A program made the position numbers and the translations under genes. A DNA stretch of 63,949 nt, counting the filler, from Nemertoderma westbladi (Eukaryota; Animalia; Xenacoelomorpha): NCBI GenBank assembly GCA_032718475.1. It is 4 parts of 4 records of this genome, joined end to end, with 100 filler letters (N's around TTAATTAATTAA, not from the genome) between each part and the next. Parts side by side here need not be neighbours in the genome. Positions count along the whole stretch, not along the records: positions 23,737 to 42,889 come from JAUCBJ010005829.1; positions 42,990 to 56,510 come from JAUCBJ010000897.1; 2 more parts are not named here. The stretch is one strand, 5' to 3'. The notes under the pieces were generated by a model. It ran no database searches, was not told where the DNA came from, and was given only the letters and a program-made list of their open reading frames with translations. The first letter of the stretch is position 1, and each line of letters opens with the position of its first letter. Of this stretch, positions 36,500-49,669 are shown in pieces.

Positions 36500-37770
36500 C
36501 AGGAGAAATTGCCCCCCAGTCAAAATCTCCTAGGAGATTATGCCCCCCGGTCAGAATATCCTACGAGTATGACCACACGGGCAAAATCTTTATAAGATTT
36601 ATGGTTTAAAGATTATGCCCTCACCCCCACCTCCATCTGTTTTGTGAAAAGATCTTTGGTTCAGGATATTTATAGGCCTATATTGCAAAGATGACTAGGC
36701 CCCTATATAAAATATAGAATTATTCCAAAGTTATTCCAATATAGATATATACCAATTGATGGAAAGGAGCAGGTTACAGAGGCAGGCTTTTCTAACCGAA
36801 ACAATAAACGGCCACTTTACACATTGATGGAAAGCAGCAGGTTACAGAGGCGGGTGCTTTTCTAACCAAAAACAATAAACGGTCACTTTGCCAATTGAGG
36901 AAAACGATGAGGGATGGTCAACATTCAGTAGTAACATGGTCAGACAGTCAGTACACACCATATACTGATATAACCAGAAAATCAGGCAGTCAAGGAATAG
37001 GTACCGGTACCGGTACGCAGCTGTAGAATGACAATTAGAAACGGTTGAAAAAGGTCGGTCCCCAAAATCAGCCGGTAGGCACTAGGCTGCTAGGCAATAG
37101 GCACAAAGGCAGTAAGGTTACCATAACCAGGTAACAGCATAGCCATCAACTGCAATACCAGACAGGAATACCAGAATACCGGTACTGCAATACAGCAATA
37201 GGCGAATACTGGAATAATAGGCAGCTGGCAGTGTGGTGTGCTGGAAAATGGGGGGGGGGGGGGGGGGGGGGGATTTTCCTGAGAGGAGGCAAATTCTACT
37301 AAGGAGATTATGTCCGGGGATTATTCAGTAGGCCTAGTCACATGGTCAGACAGTCAGTAGACACTCTATAACCAAAAAATCAGGCAGTCAACCAGTCAAG
37401 AGTCAAGCAATAGGTACCGGTCAGCCGGTACGCAGCTGTAGAATGACAACTAGAAACGGTTGAAAAAGGTCGGTCCCCAAAATCAGCCGGTAGGCAATAG
37501 GCTCAAAGGCAGTACTGCAGTACGGTAACCATAACCGGGTAACCATAACAGCGCAATACCAGAATACAGGAATACCGGTACCGGTACTGCAATAGGCGAA
37601 AACTGGAATAATAGGCAGCTGGCAGGGTGGTGGTGTGCTGGAAAATGGGGGGGGGGGGGAATTTTCCTGAGGGGAGGCCATTTCTACTAAGGAGATTATG
37701 TTCGGGGGGGGGGGGGATATCCTAGCACCTAGGAGAATGAGACGGAGGGGACAGATTCCACAGGGGGATG
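36500..37770. mobile_element. TIR-like element with subrepeated ends and an internal ~405-bp tandem duplication
   Basis: AATCTCCTAGGAGATTATGCCCCCC motifs are mirrored at 37270-37770; CATGGTCAGACAGTCAGTA occurs at 36934 and 37339. Confidence 0.55.
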
Positions 37771-38599
37771 ATTATTTTTGAAATAATAATAATAAAAAAT
37801 AATAATTTTGAAGTTGGAAAAAATCATCAAAACCGTGGCCAATGGACTTGCTGAGCACGAAAATAGTAGAATGCTTACGGGGGGGGGGGGGGGGGGGGGG
37901 CAGTGACCAGATACGAAAAGCTAGTGTGGCCGGCTACACGGGCACCAAGGTGGTCGACAGTCTGAATCTGACCTACATGTCAGTATGTAGGATATGCGTA
38001 ACAGCATCCACAGGTAAACAAATAAATAACCTTAGTATTAATATGCGAGGGGAACAGGAACACTGAACAACCCCTGACCTCATTATACTGTAACAAACGG
38101 TTTCATGGGTTTAAACCATAGCCTACTATATTACAGGCCGTGCCAACGTGCAGGTACGATTCTGACTTGGCGGCCGACCTGTAATAACCTACCTATAACT
38201 ATTAGTGGTGGTGTCATCATCACAAAACCTGATAACTATGGACTAAATACGTTTTCCGTAGGATGCATGCATTGCATACGTTATGAAACTTTATGTCATT
38301 GATTACAGTTTGTCTGTTAATCTGCTGCATTATAATTAATTGAAATTGGTCTTATTGGTGTTGCAGTGGAATTGTATAATTTTTTTACAACAGTTAGCTT
38401 AAGGGGGGGGGGGGGGGGGGTATACCCCCCCCCCCCCCCCCATGAACCTTTTTTTAAAATGGCTGTCAAATAGTGTTAAATGATAATATTGCTATTTTGT
38501 CATGGTCAACAACTGTATGGAAGGCCAAATAGCCTTTATAGTAAAATTTGAAAATTTGTAGCCTCCCCCTAGCGGATGGCGGCGGAATTAAAGATTTCA

Positions 38600-38900
38600 C
38601 TAAAATTGCTACTAGTCCCTCAATTTTGATCCAAATTTCTTGAAACCAACTTTTTTGGACTCAGCGTGATCGACTCTACAAAAGTTATCTTATAGAATTT
38701 TTAATTAGCCATTTTTATTTTAATTAATTAATTTAATTAATGAATTATCATATTTTTAATTAAAATTGGCTAATTATAAAAAATTGTAATATTTATCAAA
38801 ATTCCATAAGATAACTTTTAAAGAGCTTCCAAAGCTCGTTCGAATGAGCCATAAAAGAAGAAAATTGGTTGAAAAATGACGGAGGAGTAGTAATTTGAAA
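38600..38900. repeat. Imperfect inverted repeat, MITE-like core
   Basis: AAAAGTTATCTTATAGAATTTT versus AAAATTCCATAAGATAACTTTT, with extended flanking complementarity. Confidence 0.55.
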
Positions 38901-39171
38901 ATGAAAAATGTCATTCCGAGAAAATGCCCTTCAAAGTTTAAACCGTCCCGCCAAAACTGGCTGTCTGCGTTCTGGTTGGTTAATTATTTCTGGCACGAAT
39001 GATGCCCACCAACTTTTTTTTGGTCATTAATATTAATAAGGTAATATAGAATCGAAAATGTGTGGTTCGGATTGATTGCGAAATACTTATGGGTTTTTTG
39101 CTAGATTGACTCGACTAATAGCCTGATAACTTCACACTTAACGTAATTAACTTTACTGTATGGCAATAAAT

Positions 39172-39380
39172 AAAACATATCATTAGCACAACTTGATTGC
39201 TTTAATTGAAAAACATATCATTAGCACAACTTGATTGCTTTAATTGAAAAACATATCATTAGCACAACTTGATTGCTTTAATTGAAAAACATATCATTAG
39301 CACAACTTGATTGCTTTAATTGAAAAACATATCATTAGCACAACTTGATTGCTTTAATTGAAAAACATATCATTAGCACA
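39172..39380. repeat. 38-bp minisatellite, 5.5 identical copies
   Basis: Unit AAAACATATCATTAGCACAACTTGATTGCTTTAATTGA. Confidence 0.95.
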
Positions 39381-40465
39381 TCATTGTCCTGGGGAATTAG
39401 CAGCCTCTCCAAATAGTTCTCCACCTACATATCTCAATGCAGCTTTAACATAAATTTCATCGAGAAGAATTATACAACGACGTTGCTCGATTGGAAGTTT
39501 GTTAAAAACGCTAAATAAAAACATAGAGTCATCAGCATGTGAGACGGAAGATGTGATTCGTTGTAAAGTTCGCACTCCTGGCAGTTTAAAATCTTCTCTA
39601 AGTTTACGGTATAAGCAACGGCTAGTGGCATAATACTCGAAAGCTGAACCAATGTTTCAGGATCCCAGCGCTTTATCTCCCACAGAAACTGGAGCCATAC
39701 ACGTCAAATGTTCGTGTGGGGCGAGACACGTATGGCGAGCCATCAGCGAACTGATATAATTACACTATGGCAGTTTTTCAAAAGTCTGTGTGTGTGTGTG
39801 TCAGTGTGTCGGAAGCCATAAATGTCGGAAGCCATAATCGAAGTTAATATCTTCAGCTAACTGCTAAATTGTATGGTTGAGTCATTTTGAACGGTCTCTC
39901 CATGGAAATTAATTGTTTAGCACCATACGATTAAAGTTATTTTGCACAGAAATTAGATATCTGGAATCCATGTACCCCATTCCATTATAGTTTTTTATTT
40001 TTTCAAGTGATTTGCGTTAATAAATGATGTATTTTTAATTGATTTAAACATAATTAACATTGTAAATTCATACGCTGATTCCATCCTCCCCCATAGAGCC
40101 TAAGGCACGGCAAGGGCAGCCGTGCCCAATAATATTTCTTGAAGTTTTACATTACTGCAAGCTAAAGTCTTTGACCAAGCCAGTAGCCTAGGCTAGTACA
40201 CAAGGACATAGTAGTCCAGTAGAAGGAATAGTGCTCCTTCAATACATCTCAACAGACATCAATTCATTTGCCTGTGCCAACCAACGCGTGCTCCATAACA
40301 TAACATATATTCTTGATTTCCATCACCTCTCACCACAATTATTATTAGTAATTAAAAGTTTCAATTCGGTTTGTCTTTCCGTTATCTGGTTATTCAGTTA
40401 TTGCATTAAATAAATGTTTTAAAATATATCTTACGAAATATGGTTAATCATTAAAACTTGTCGCT

Positions 40466-41000
40466 AACATTCTCGCTATGGGGGTTTTAAAGAGTGTTGA
40501 TTACATTTCTGATGTCAGTTTTCACGTTTACATAAATCTAGTCTGTCTGTCTGTCGGTCTTTCTGTCAGTCAGTCTGTCAAAACATAAAAGATAATTCAA
40601 ATTAACTAACATTCTCGCTATGGGGGTTTTAAGGGGTGCTGATTTCATTTCTGATGTCAGTTTACAGGTTTACATAAATCTAGTCTGTCTGTTTGTCGGT
40701 CTTTCTGTCAGTCAGTCAGTCTGTCAAAACTTAAAAAAGAATACAAACTAACTAACATTCTCGTTATGGGGTTTTAATGGGTGCTAATTTTATTTCAGAT
40801 GTCAGTTTTCACGTTTAAAAAAATCTAGTCTGTCTGGCTGTCGGTCTTTCTGTCAGTCAGTCTGTGAAAACTTAAGAAAGTATACTAACTAACCAACATT
40901 CTCGTTATGGGGGTTTTAAGGGTTGCTGATTTCTTTTTTGGTGTCAGTTTACACGTTTACATAAATCTAGTCTGTCTGTCTGTCGGTCTCTCTGTCAGTC
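40466..41000. repeat. ~140-147-bp tandem repeat, 4 copies, with (GTCT)/(CAGT) microsatellites
   Basis: AACATTCTCGYTATGGGG at about 40467, 40608, 40755 and 40895. Confidence 0.9.
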
Positions 41001-41244
41001 TGAACTACTGCACTGTGGTTGGCATTACGCCATATACCTAACACTAATAATACAGTCTACAATACAGCCTATCTACAGTACAGAATGGATTTTTTGCCAC
41101 GAAGAGCAATAAATGTCATTAATACTATCCACCAGTATACCTTCTCCAAGAGCCTTCTAATAAAACATGTATTCCAGCATGACGTGCACTGCACGTCTTC
41201 GTGCTGTCCATTGTGACGTGCAGTGGACGTCATAGGCTCTAAGG

Positions 41245-41710
41245 GGTTAAGCAACACGGTCCCTACTTCGCCCTGTCGACACCCCAGCCATTTTTCACCA
41301 ATCCTTTTTTAGAGTTTTTTAATTTTTTTGGTATTGGTGAAAGTTCTACAACATTAGTAGATATGTTTTTTATGATAGCTAGTGTTTTTTTGCTAGCTAG
41401 TATTTTTTGAAATTATAAAAAATGTGAAAGTCCATGATATTTCAGGTTAAACTGTTGAAGAATATATTAATGACCAAAATAATTTCCAAAAATTACTAGA
41501 TAGTAAAAAATACTAGCTACCATAAAAAATCTACTAAGGTTCTAGAACATTCACTAATATAAAAAAGCACTCAAAATCACAAAAAATAAAGGTTAAAAAA
41601 CTCATTCGGGACTCTTTTGCTTAAGGAGTCAAAATTGTAGAAAAAATTCCCGAAGTTTGCGACGTTTGCGAAATTCGCGAAGAATCCGTCAGTTTCTGTG
41701 CCCTAATGGT
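41245..41710. mobile_element. MITE-like insertion with an internal inverted repeat
   Basis: Arms ~41300-41416 and ~41479-41595 are reverse-complementary; termini uncertain. Confidence 0.5.
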
Positions 41711-42889
41711 TTCGTGACGAAACAATAAAATCTTACACACTTAACACACACGAACTAATTTAATGTGTGTATTAGTATGCCTGAATAATTAAATAGAAAT
41801 TAAATTAATGAACGCTATTTCAACATGAAATCTACGGAATCAATACACACCCACACTACTGAATTTAACAATTTATATAGATTGCAACTTATATTTGGCT
41901 ACCTTTTAATGGGTGACTAATTTAATTATTCACCCCTATATATTTGTAGCCTTTTTAATTTGTGCCTCTAATTGAATCAAACATTAAACTAAAATATATG
42001 TCACAATATTGGTCTGTCGGTAGCTGGTCAATGATTCTCTCATAAATTTGTTAATTAGTCGCTGCTCAGTCATTGAACATTTGAACACGTGCTGCTCGAA
42101 GACCCCACAACGTGTAGAATCTCGACTTTGTGAGAAGCTTCACAGTTAGAAAGGTAATATTTTCAATAATTGACCACCGCGAAGCAAGAATAATACGATT
42201 AGTAACACATAATGGAACTGATATTCTGACTCCATAACTGTAGCATTCGAACTGCAGCGATGTCTTTATCTTCATCATAAATTTTGGCGTCGAACCGATA
42301 AGTTCAGACGATTGCAATATAGTCGTCATATTGTTCCCATTACATCCATCAGCATCATTGCACTCATAGACGATAAGATTTTGGAAACAGTTAAGTTTAT
42401 CAGCAGCTGTTCAGCGAATTAATGCATAAGTCACAATATCCCCCTGCAGAAACTGGGGTAACTCGTCCGGCTGTAATGATCGCATAGATGCAACGAGTTT
42501 ACGGTTGCGGGGACGGTTGTTAGCGTGGGTGGGCGTGGGCGTACAACTTGGAGCGATGTTTGGCCACAGACAATGGATCTGCTGGAATAATTTTAATTGA
42601 GCGATAAGCACGGCGCTTTTCATAGTTTTCAGTCCAGTGGAGTTCACAAACAACGGTTTGTTTAGTCACATGCAAATTAGCACGCACTTTTGATAATACG
42701 GAAATCCATGACGATCTATAGGCTGATAGGGCTCCTCCCCTGGAATACGGAAAACGCTGCATGGTGTGGCGTTTTTATAGTTTGACCGACACTCTGCAGC
42801 TCTGGCACGCAGCACTTCCGAGGCATATCGATATACAAGCACCAAGTAGGCCTAATACCGGTAGACTTGGACTTAGGCCTATAGTTTTA

Positions 42890-42989
42890 NNNNNNNNNNN
42901 NNNNNNNNNNNNNNNNNNNNNNNNNNNNNNNNNTTAATTAATTAANNNNNNNNNNNNNNNNNNNNNNNNNNNNNNNNNNNNNNNNNNNN
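42890..42989. other. Artificial contig-join spacer
   Basis: 44 N + TTAATTAATTAA + 44 N. Confidence 0.95.
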
Positions 42990-44610
42990 CTACACACACT
43001 GCAATCCGTTCAGACCTAACAGCAATCAGACAACAGCTCAGCCTACAAATTGTCTGTACAATCTGATCAGGCTTACACGTCTTCTGTTCAATACTGGCCT
43101 ACAAACAAATAAAACTTGACAGAAATAAGTAAAATCTCAATAAAAAACCAGGGCGGGCCCTCCCTGATTAATTATTAAGGCCTACCGGTATATAATTATC
43201 AAAATCGAATAATACTAATGTACTTATACGGGAAGTACCGGTTAGGACAGTTAGGCCTACGGACCTACAGAAGTACCGGTTCTGGCAGTTGGACCTACGG
43301 GCCTACAGCAGTACCGGTTCTGGCAGTTGGGCCTACTGACCTACAGATGTACCGTTCAGGTTTACCGGTTGACCGGTACTTTCAACTTTATTGCTTACTG
43401 CAATAAAGAAACATATATCCTTTAATGTTCGCGCTTTCAGACCTTTGGCAGTTTAACCCGCCAAATTAGGATGTCTTCTAGATATTAAATCGCCTTTTAG
43501 CCTATGACAAATATTTGATTCACTACACTAGTCGAAACCAATCTGTGCGCGATCATTCACCCGCTGGATATACCCGGGAGATTGGGTTCGACGGCTTAAT
43601 TTTATTGCTATGTAAGCCTAATGTATTATTCGACTGACAGTATTATATAATCTCTGACAATATTATTCACCTTCGGGGAATATTAACAGTTCCTTTAGGA
43701 CGTGGCGCTTTATCTATATAAACAGAGTTATGACTTAAACTACTCACAACGATATGGCTTAATTATAATTCACATATATGGCGCATTCTTTAGGAATTGC
43801 TTCTTTAACAGACTCACTCATACACAATGCTGCACAATACTGCACACTAATCTGCCAATCTTCACTACTTTTAGTCACATATAAAAGGAACACAGACTGA
43901 CTCATGTAGGGTCTATCAAATAACATTAGATTCACTTCAAACCACTTTAACATAAGTCACAATCGTTATAGGTAACCTTTCTCTCTTACCTTCGGTATAT
44001 CAAGAATATTGGGTTTTCGGGGTTATTTCTCGTTATTCCAATATAATAATTCATCAACAAATATAATGAATAACCGACAACAAATAGCAGTATACAGTAT
44101 TGATTGAGCCGAGTCACGCCGTGATCGTGACTACGAAATTGCAGAGTGATATTCACAGAGTTAAAGGATATATGTCCTTATAATTAAACCTACTAGTGTT
44201 GGGCTAAAAAGCAGAAAAGCACAAAACACTACAAAGCCGTTCTTTCGTGGCTTTGAGAAACTCGTGACTACTCTCTATACGAGGATACCAACTACCCTTA
44301 TTCCACGAAGCTCCCGTTCAACACAGAGAAAGAGCAGTGAGATAGGAAAATTCAGTTCAGTAGCTCTGTGATAGGTCAAAATCAAGGCTAACTCAAATTC
44401 TATTGGGAGATACAAAACAGGGCTATGACGCAACCTTCTTAGGCTGGTTGGCCGATTAAACAGAGCCCAGATACCTGCGTACAGCAAATCAGCCAATAAG
44501 CCGGTAGCTTGCGCTATTCGAGTTATAGATCCCCTTTTAGAGTATTCAGCGACTGGGGGGGAACTGGTTAGCAAGGCAAACGAATCAGTTATCCCACAAA
44601 AGCTTTTACA
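42990..44610 (-). mobile_element. Long LTR-like repeat, copy 3 (cut by gap)
   Basis: Nearly identical to ~1207-2844, including the same shadow ORFs and terminus. Confidence 0.75.
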
Positions 44611-45044
44611 GCTTATTCTATTTAATTTATAATATGATATCTATAACATATTGGTACTCAACGACTCGTCCATATCATAGATTGGAACCACATGTATGAT
44701 TTTTGTTCTACAGTAGGGTACTCTACTCCCCTGTTACCGAGACCTTTCCTACTGTAGAACGGATTAATGCGAATGATCCCACCATGGCCTACTTAAATAT
44801 TTAATATTTAAGTAGGCCATGATCCCACTCATATTTATTGACTATTAATTCATACATACGAAAAATTCGTAGTAACGAGAAACTTATGTTGATTATCAAT
44901 TAAATTGATGTTTCTGCATACTACTGTAGATTGATAATTCTAGTTGATTGTTTTGGTTCTATTTCCCATCCACAACGCTGTAACCTGTTCCTTTACAAAT
45001 CCGCTGTGACGTACATTTAGTGTCATCAATGTTTTCTCACTCAG

Positions 45045-45273
45045 GCTGGTGGTTTGTCAATTGCAACGTAAATCAGGGATGGGTTCCTGCTTCTTACCTT
45101 GTACATAGCAATGAGTCACACACCGAGGTGTTTGCTAGGTTACCGCGTGGAAAAGAAGAAGTGTGGATTGCTTGCAAGGATTACACGGCGCAAAACGAAG
45201 ATGAGTTACCTCTAAGGAAAGGCGATAAAGTTAATGTCTCGGAGCGAAACTATACTGGGTGGTGGTTGGCTTG
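45045..45273 (+). CDS. Tks4/Tks5 (SH3PXD2)/p47phox-like multi-SH3 gene, exon A
   Basis: ctcAG acceptor and GTAAGT donor; GWWFVN...QGWVPASYL then DYTAQNEDELPLRKGDKVNV...GWW (tandem SH3). Confidence 0.85.
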
Positions 45274-45309
45274 GTAAGTTTAGGGGATTCTGATATTATT
45301 GGTTTAGTA

Positions 45310-45796
45310 CTACTACTACTAGGATCGGCATGCTGCATTGCAGCTGCATTTTTAAGAATGCTGTGCCGGCTTGTCAACAAAATTGCACCGCCACAACTCC
45401 CTATCACCCATGACATTTGCTAGATCATCCGCATCTTTAAGGCCAGTGTCCTTTAAGATGCGTCTCAAGAAAGTCATGGGCTGTCCACCATGCTTATTCA
45501 CTCCATGAGGCTGCCAAAGTACAAGATTATGCACTGGCTGGTCCTCACGGCGAAAGCAATGTCCTGCAAAGTGGAGGCGATTTTGTTCTAGTGTCAAGCT
45601 TGGGGGAACCAATGAGACACCTCCAATGTTATATAGTGTCTGGTTGGAGATGTGTGCATTGTACTTGACACAATGAACCCGGCGTAGCATTCTTGTGAAT
45701 GTGCCATCCAGTGATTTGGTGTCCTCAGCAGTTAGAGCCCAGCATGGACTCCCGTAGAGGAGTACTGGAACTACTGCTGCTCTAAATAATCGGACC
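45310..45796 (-). mobile_element. 5'-truncated RTE-like LINE with 10-bp TSD
   Basis: TGGTTTAGTA at 45300-45309 and 45797-45806; (TAG)n tail; VLLYGSPCWALT and RLHFAGHC. Confidence 0.85.
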
Positions 45797-46254
45797 TGGT
45801 TTAGTAAGTTTAGGAGGTATTGATATTTGTTTGGTAACTTTATGATATCTCCTTTTACTTATATTGAATATTGAATCAATATCAATATTTGATATCAGAT
45901 TGAAAGTGGTACAGAAAGGTTTGGTAAAGGAACTTATTGTATCTTAAGATATAAAGGGAAAGCTTTACAGAATGTAATCGGCTTTGGTAAATTGCGATGT
46001 TGTGCTGTTTGGTGCATCACTATGACTAGATGGCGTTAGGTTTCAGTCCGACCGTAAAGTAATTGTAAGAGACTTTTGACCAGCAAAAATTAAACTGTAA
46101 CTTGTACTATTAATTGACCTCCATTATAAATTATTTAGTATTTAACATTATTTAATCGCCGAGACGAGATATTAATAGTTCACGGATATAGGATTTGTAA
46201 CCCCCCCCCCCCCCCCCCCCCCCCCCATCGCAATTGTTGTTATAAATATTTTAG

Positions 46255-46392
46255 GCACAAAGACAGACAATATGTTGTGGCGTCTGCTTGTCTCGTTGAA
46301 GCCAGAGGGGAAGAACAACGGAATATAGAAGAGCCATTGAGACCAGTAACTATAGTAGGAACGGCTCTGGAAGCTTCCAGAAGTAAAAGCCA
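46255..46392 (+). CDS. Multi-SH3 gene, exon B (predicted)
   Basis: ttttAG acceptor and GTTAGT donor, phase 2-2; open frame WHKDRQYVVASACLVE... Confidence 0.6.
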
Positions 46393-46794
46393 GTTAGTAA
46401 AGTAATACAGTACAGTGCTTATAGTACCGTGTATAATATGTTATGTTCTCCTTGAAACCCATCTGGATAAAGTTAAATGTTTTGCTACATATTTTTCACT
46501 TTATTGGTACTGTAGGCTCTAGATTTACACACAAAAAAACTTATAAATTATAACCACTCCACCCCACACCTTGAAAATGAACCATTAAACATTAAATATT
46601 TTTGCTATATTACTATATAAGTTAATATAATATATGGAATAAAATACGGGTTTTTCACTACCGTAAAAGAGTTTGCATTACCCGTAATCTCCCGTAATAC
46701 AGTATTACAACTTTTAAACTATAACAGGGAGTTCTTATATTAGAAAAATAATAGTACGCGTAAGGAAACTAAATACGCTTTTTATATTTTTTAG

Positions 46795-46945
46795 GTTAAT
46801 TGCAGAACCACTTAAATGCCATCCGGATGTGACGTCAACAACATATAAACGTAATCCATCCGACAAAGCCGGTGTGAAAATGGGAGAAAAATTTGCAGAG
46901 CAAAAATCCGCGGTAGTACCTCGGCCTGGCTCTTTAATGACAAGC
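46795..46945 (+). CDS. Multi-SH3 gene, exon C (predicted linker)
   Basis: tttttAG acceptor and GTTAGT donor, phase 2-0; open frame LIAEPLKCH...VVPRPGSLMTS. Confidence 0.6.
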
Positions 46946-48059
46946 GTTAGTTTATTAATAATAGGCCTACACTAGGCCTATAATATTATTCCATGGCACT
47001 TCACATCAAATGTACTCAAAGTAAAATTCAAATACTTGACGGTTTTTAATGTCCGGCTACGGCCAACTGAATGCTACGATCACTCCTATATCAAACATTA
47101 TACACCGTTACCTGGAATATAGGAAAACAGATAGTGTTCTAATTGAGTAATCACATCCCCTCCTTAAGTAATGAGATCGCATGAATTTGATACAAACAAT
47201 GGAAACATAGTTGGACCTCACTAAATATTCTATGGAATTCTTCTTTTGAAAAAAGAGTCTCAATCGCTTTAATATGAAATCTCACCGCAAGTTTTCTTTA
47301 TAATTTTAATGTGGATACAATTTAATTATGTTGAGAAAAGAGAAAAAGATAAACTAGTTCAGATGCAAAACCATACAACTTTTAATGCCCATACCTCAGC
47401 TATTTCCTAAAGAAATTCAGATATTTTTAGATATTTAAAATCCGTGTAGAGGAACACCTTTCCAGCAGCAACAACAGTAATGAAGAAAATTACAAAGCAT
47501 TTGGTACACAACTTGAAATATTATCGAAAAAATATTGAAAAAGTTTCTTCCGAATTTTATAATTCCTCTCTAATTGAAAGTGGTATTGGGTTGAAAAACC
47601 CAATACTACTTGAAAAATCAAGTTTGAAAAATAAATTAGAAAACATATGAGGGTTAAAACCTCTTAACTTAATGAGGACCAATGTAAGTCGCCCTACATC
47701 ATATCACCCATTTCGGTGATGATAAAAATATATTTGTAATAGGAGTGTCAGAAGTTGGCCATTACAAAAATTGAAGATACATTTTGATGCAGTTAATTTG
47801 GGACGAATACATTGCCACATATTAAATAAGTGGTGCGGTTAAAGCCACGTTTGCACGATCAGCAGGTTGCCTTGGGTGTAGACAGGAAATTTAGCTGCAC
47901 GTTCAGCTAGGTGCCATGGGCGGGGCGTAGAAAGGAATTTGTCTGGGTGTGGATGGAGATCTAACTATAATCGACCTGCTTCATTGAAGCTGCACATTGA
48001 GATGTTGGCTTAATAAAAATATTTTGTCACAATTGTCAAAATTGTCAACAATTTGTAAG

Positions 48060-49250
48060 CCCAATGCATCGTGCATTAAGAATGCTATGCCGGCTTATCA
48101 ACTAAGTTGCAGCGCCACAACTTCCTATCCCCATTGAATTTCGCGAGATTATCCGCATATTCAAGGCCGACGTCCTTTAAGATGTGTCACACGAAAGTCA
48201 TGGGTTGTCCACCATGATTATTTTCTCCATGGGGCTGGCAAAGCACTAGATTGTAAACAGGCTGGTCCCCACGGTGAAAACAGTGTCCTGCAAAGCGGAG
48301 GCGGCTTTGTTCTCGGCTTTGTTCAAGTTCAAGTGTTCACTTGGGGGAACCAATTAGACACCTACAATGTTATATAGGTCTGGTTGGAGATGTGTGCATT
48401 GTACTTCACACAGTGAACCCGACGGAGCATTTTTGTGAATGTGCCATCTAGAGATTTGGTGTCCTCAGCAGTTTGAGTCCAACATATGGACTCCTATAGA
48501 GGAGTACTGGAACTATTGCTGCTCTAAAATAATCGGACCTTAAGTTTCTGACTTTTTGTTGGGCACAGATTTTGTAAAGTCGGTAATGACGTCTAGGTAG
48601 GATCGAACTGGTGACCTCCGATACTCAAGAAAAAGTTATAATAATATGAAACCACTCATTCACCCATAACACTAATATTAAGTTTCTGATGTATTGTGTG
48701 ACTTCTATATCCTGGAAAGCCCATTCAATGCTGTCCATGCCTTTCCCTTACGTATTCGAAGGTCCTCACTTGACTTCCGGATCCATGATCCTAGGTAACA
48801 GAAATCGTCTACATGCTCAAGCATACCATCCTTTGAGCTTATGCTCATGGGATCGGAGATTTCCAATGTAGGACTTCTTGGAGTTAACAAAAAGACCAAC
48901 ACTAGAAGCAGCTCGTGCTCCTAAGTCATCAGTAAATGACCAGTTAGATCAGTTAGGTACTTAGCTGGATTTCTTTGACTTCTGGAGCCAGTAGGTGGAG
49001 TTACCCCATCATCATTATGATGATCTAAGGACATGCGTAGAACATAGTCAACCACAATTATAAATAAGAATGTTGCAAGTGTATCACCCTGGAGGACGCC
49101 CCATAACAGTTCAAATGGTTCTGTGTCACCATCAACAGTAGACACAAATGTTGTCGAACCATCGTATACTGATCTGATTGCTGCAATAATTTCATCAGGA
49201 ATCTCATATAATGAAAGTATTCTGAACAGAGCGAGAGACTGAATCGAAGG
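48060..49250 (-). mobile_element. Degraded RTE-like LINE (RT plus C-terminus), interrupted at ~48545-48690
   Basis: GVLQGDTLATFLFIIVVDYVLR and VDDFCYLGSWI; 3' part aligns with 45310-45796. Confidence 0.85.
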
Positions 49251-49558
49251 CCTTGAAGAAGTTAACAGAGATAAAAGCCAGTGGAGTGGAAGGAGATAAT
49301 AGAAGTTAAATATGTGTAATTTGGATTTAGGGATTAAGACAAAGCCCCCAGTGGGGTTCAGATGGTGATGACGCCCCCCCCCCCCCCCCCCGCCGATCTT
49401 ATATAGCGATTTTAAAGAAAATTGTAATTTCTTGCCGGTTTCAATTTTTCTTTTCAATGTTTTTGAGTTAGGCCCAACGTAATATATCTAATGTACATGT
49501 AATACCGGCTTAATAAGTAGGCCTACTAGTAATATTGTACATTATATTTGATTAACAG

Positions 49559-49669
49559 GCAGGACAAGGAAGTTGGGAGGATAGTCGACTTGTCTACGAA
49601 ACAACTGGATCTTTTACGGGGAATGAAGCTATACAAACTCTCAGTTTCAGAAAAGGAGAAACTGTTAGG
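49559..49669 (+). CDS. Multi-SH3 gene, exon D (N-terminal half of a third SH3)
   Basis: acAG acceptor and GTATGT donor; 111 bp, phase 0-0; YETTGSFTG...LSFRKGETVR. Confidence 0.75.

Larger units (their letters stand above)
39381..42826 (-). pseudogene. Decayed THAP-domain / P-element-like (THAP9-like) transposase
   Basis: MPRKCCVP, CRSNY, VFRIP, W and VCELHW (THAP, 42600-42826, frameshifted); YRKLREDFKLPGVRTLQRI and CIILLDEIYVK...GGELFG (39381-39610); interrupted by insertions. Confidence 0.75.

Noticed and set aside
46201-46226. Long poly-C/poly-G runs here and elsewhere as functional G-quadruplexes
   Set aside because: Mostly within MITE ends, lengths are unreliable in assemblies, and there is no independent support.
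48560-48670. tRNA gene (box-B-like GTTCGATCC on -)
   Set aside because: No cloverleaf; at most a decayed tRNA-derived SINE head.
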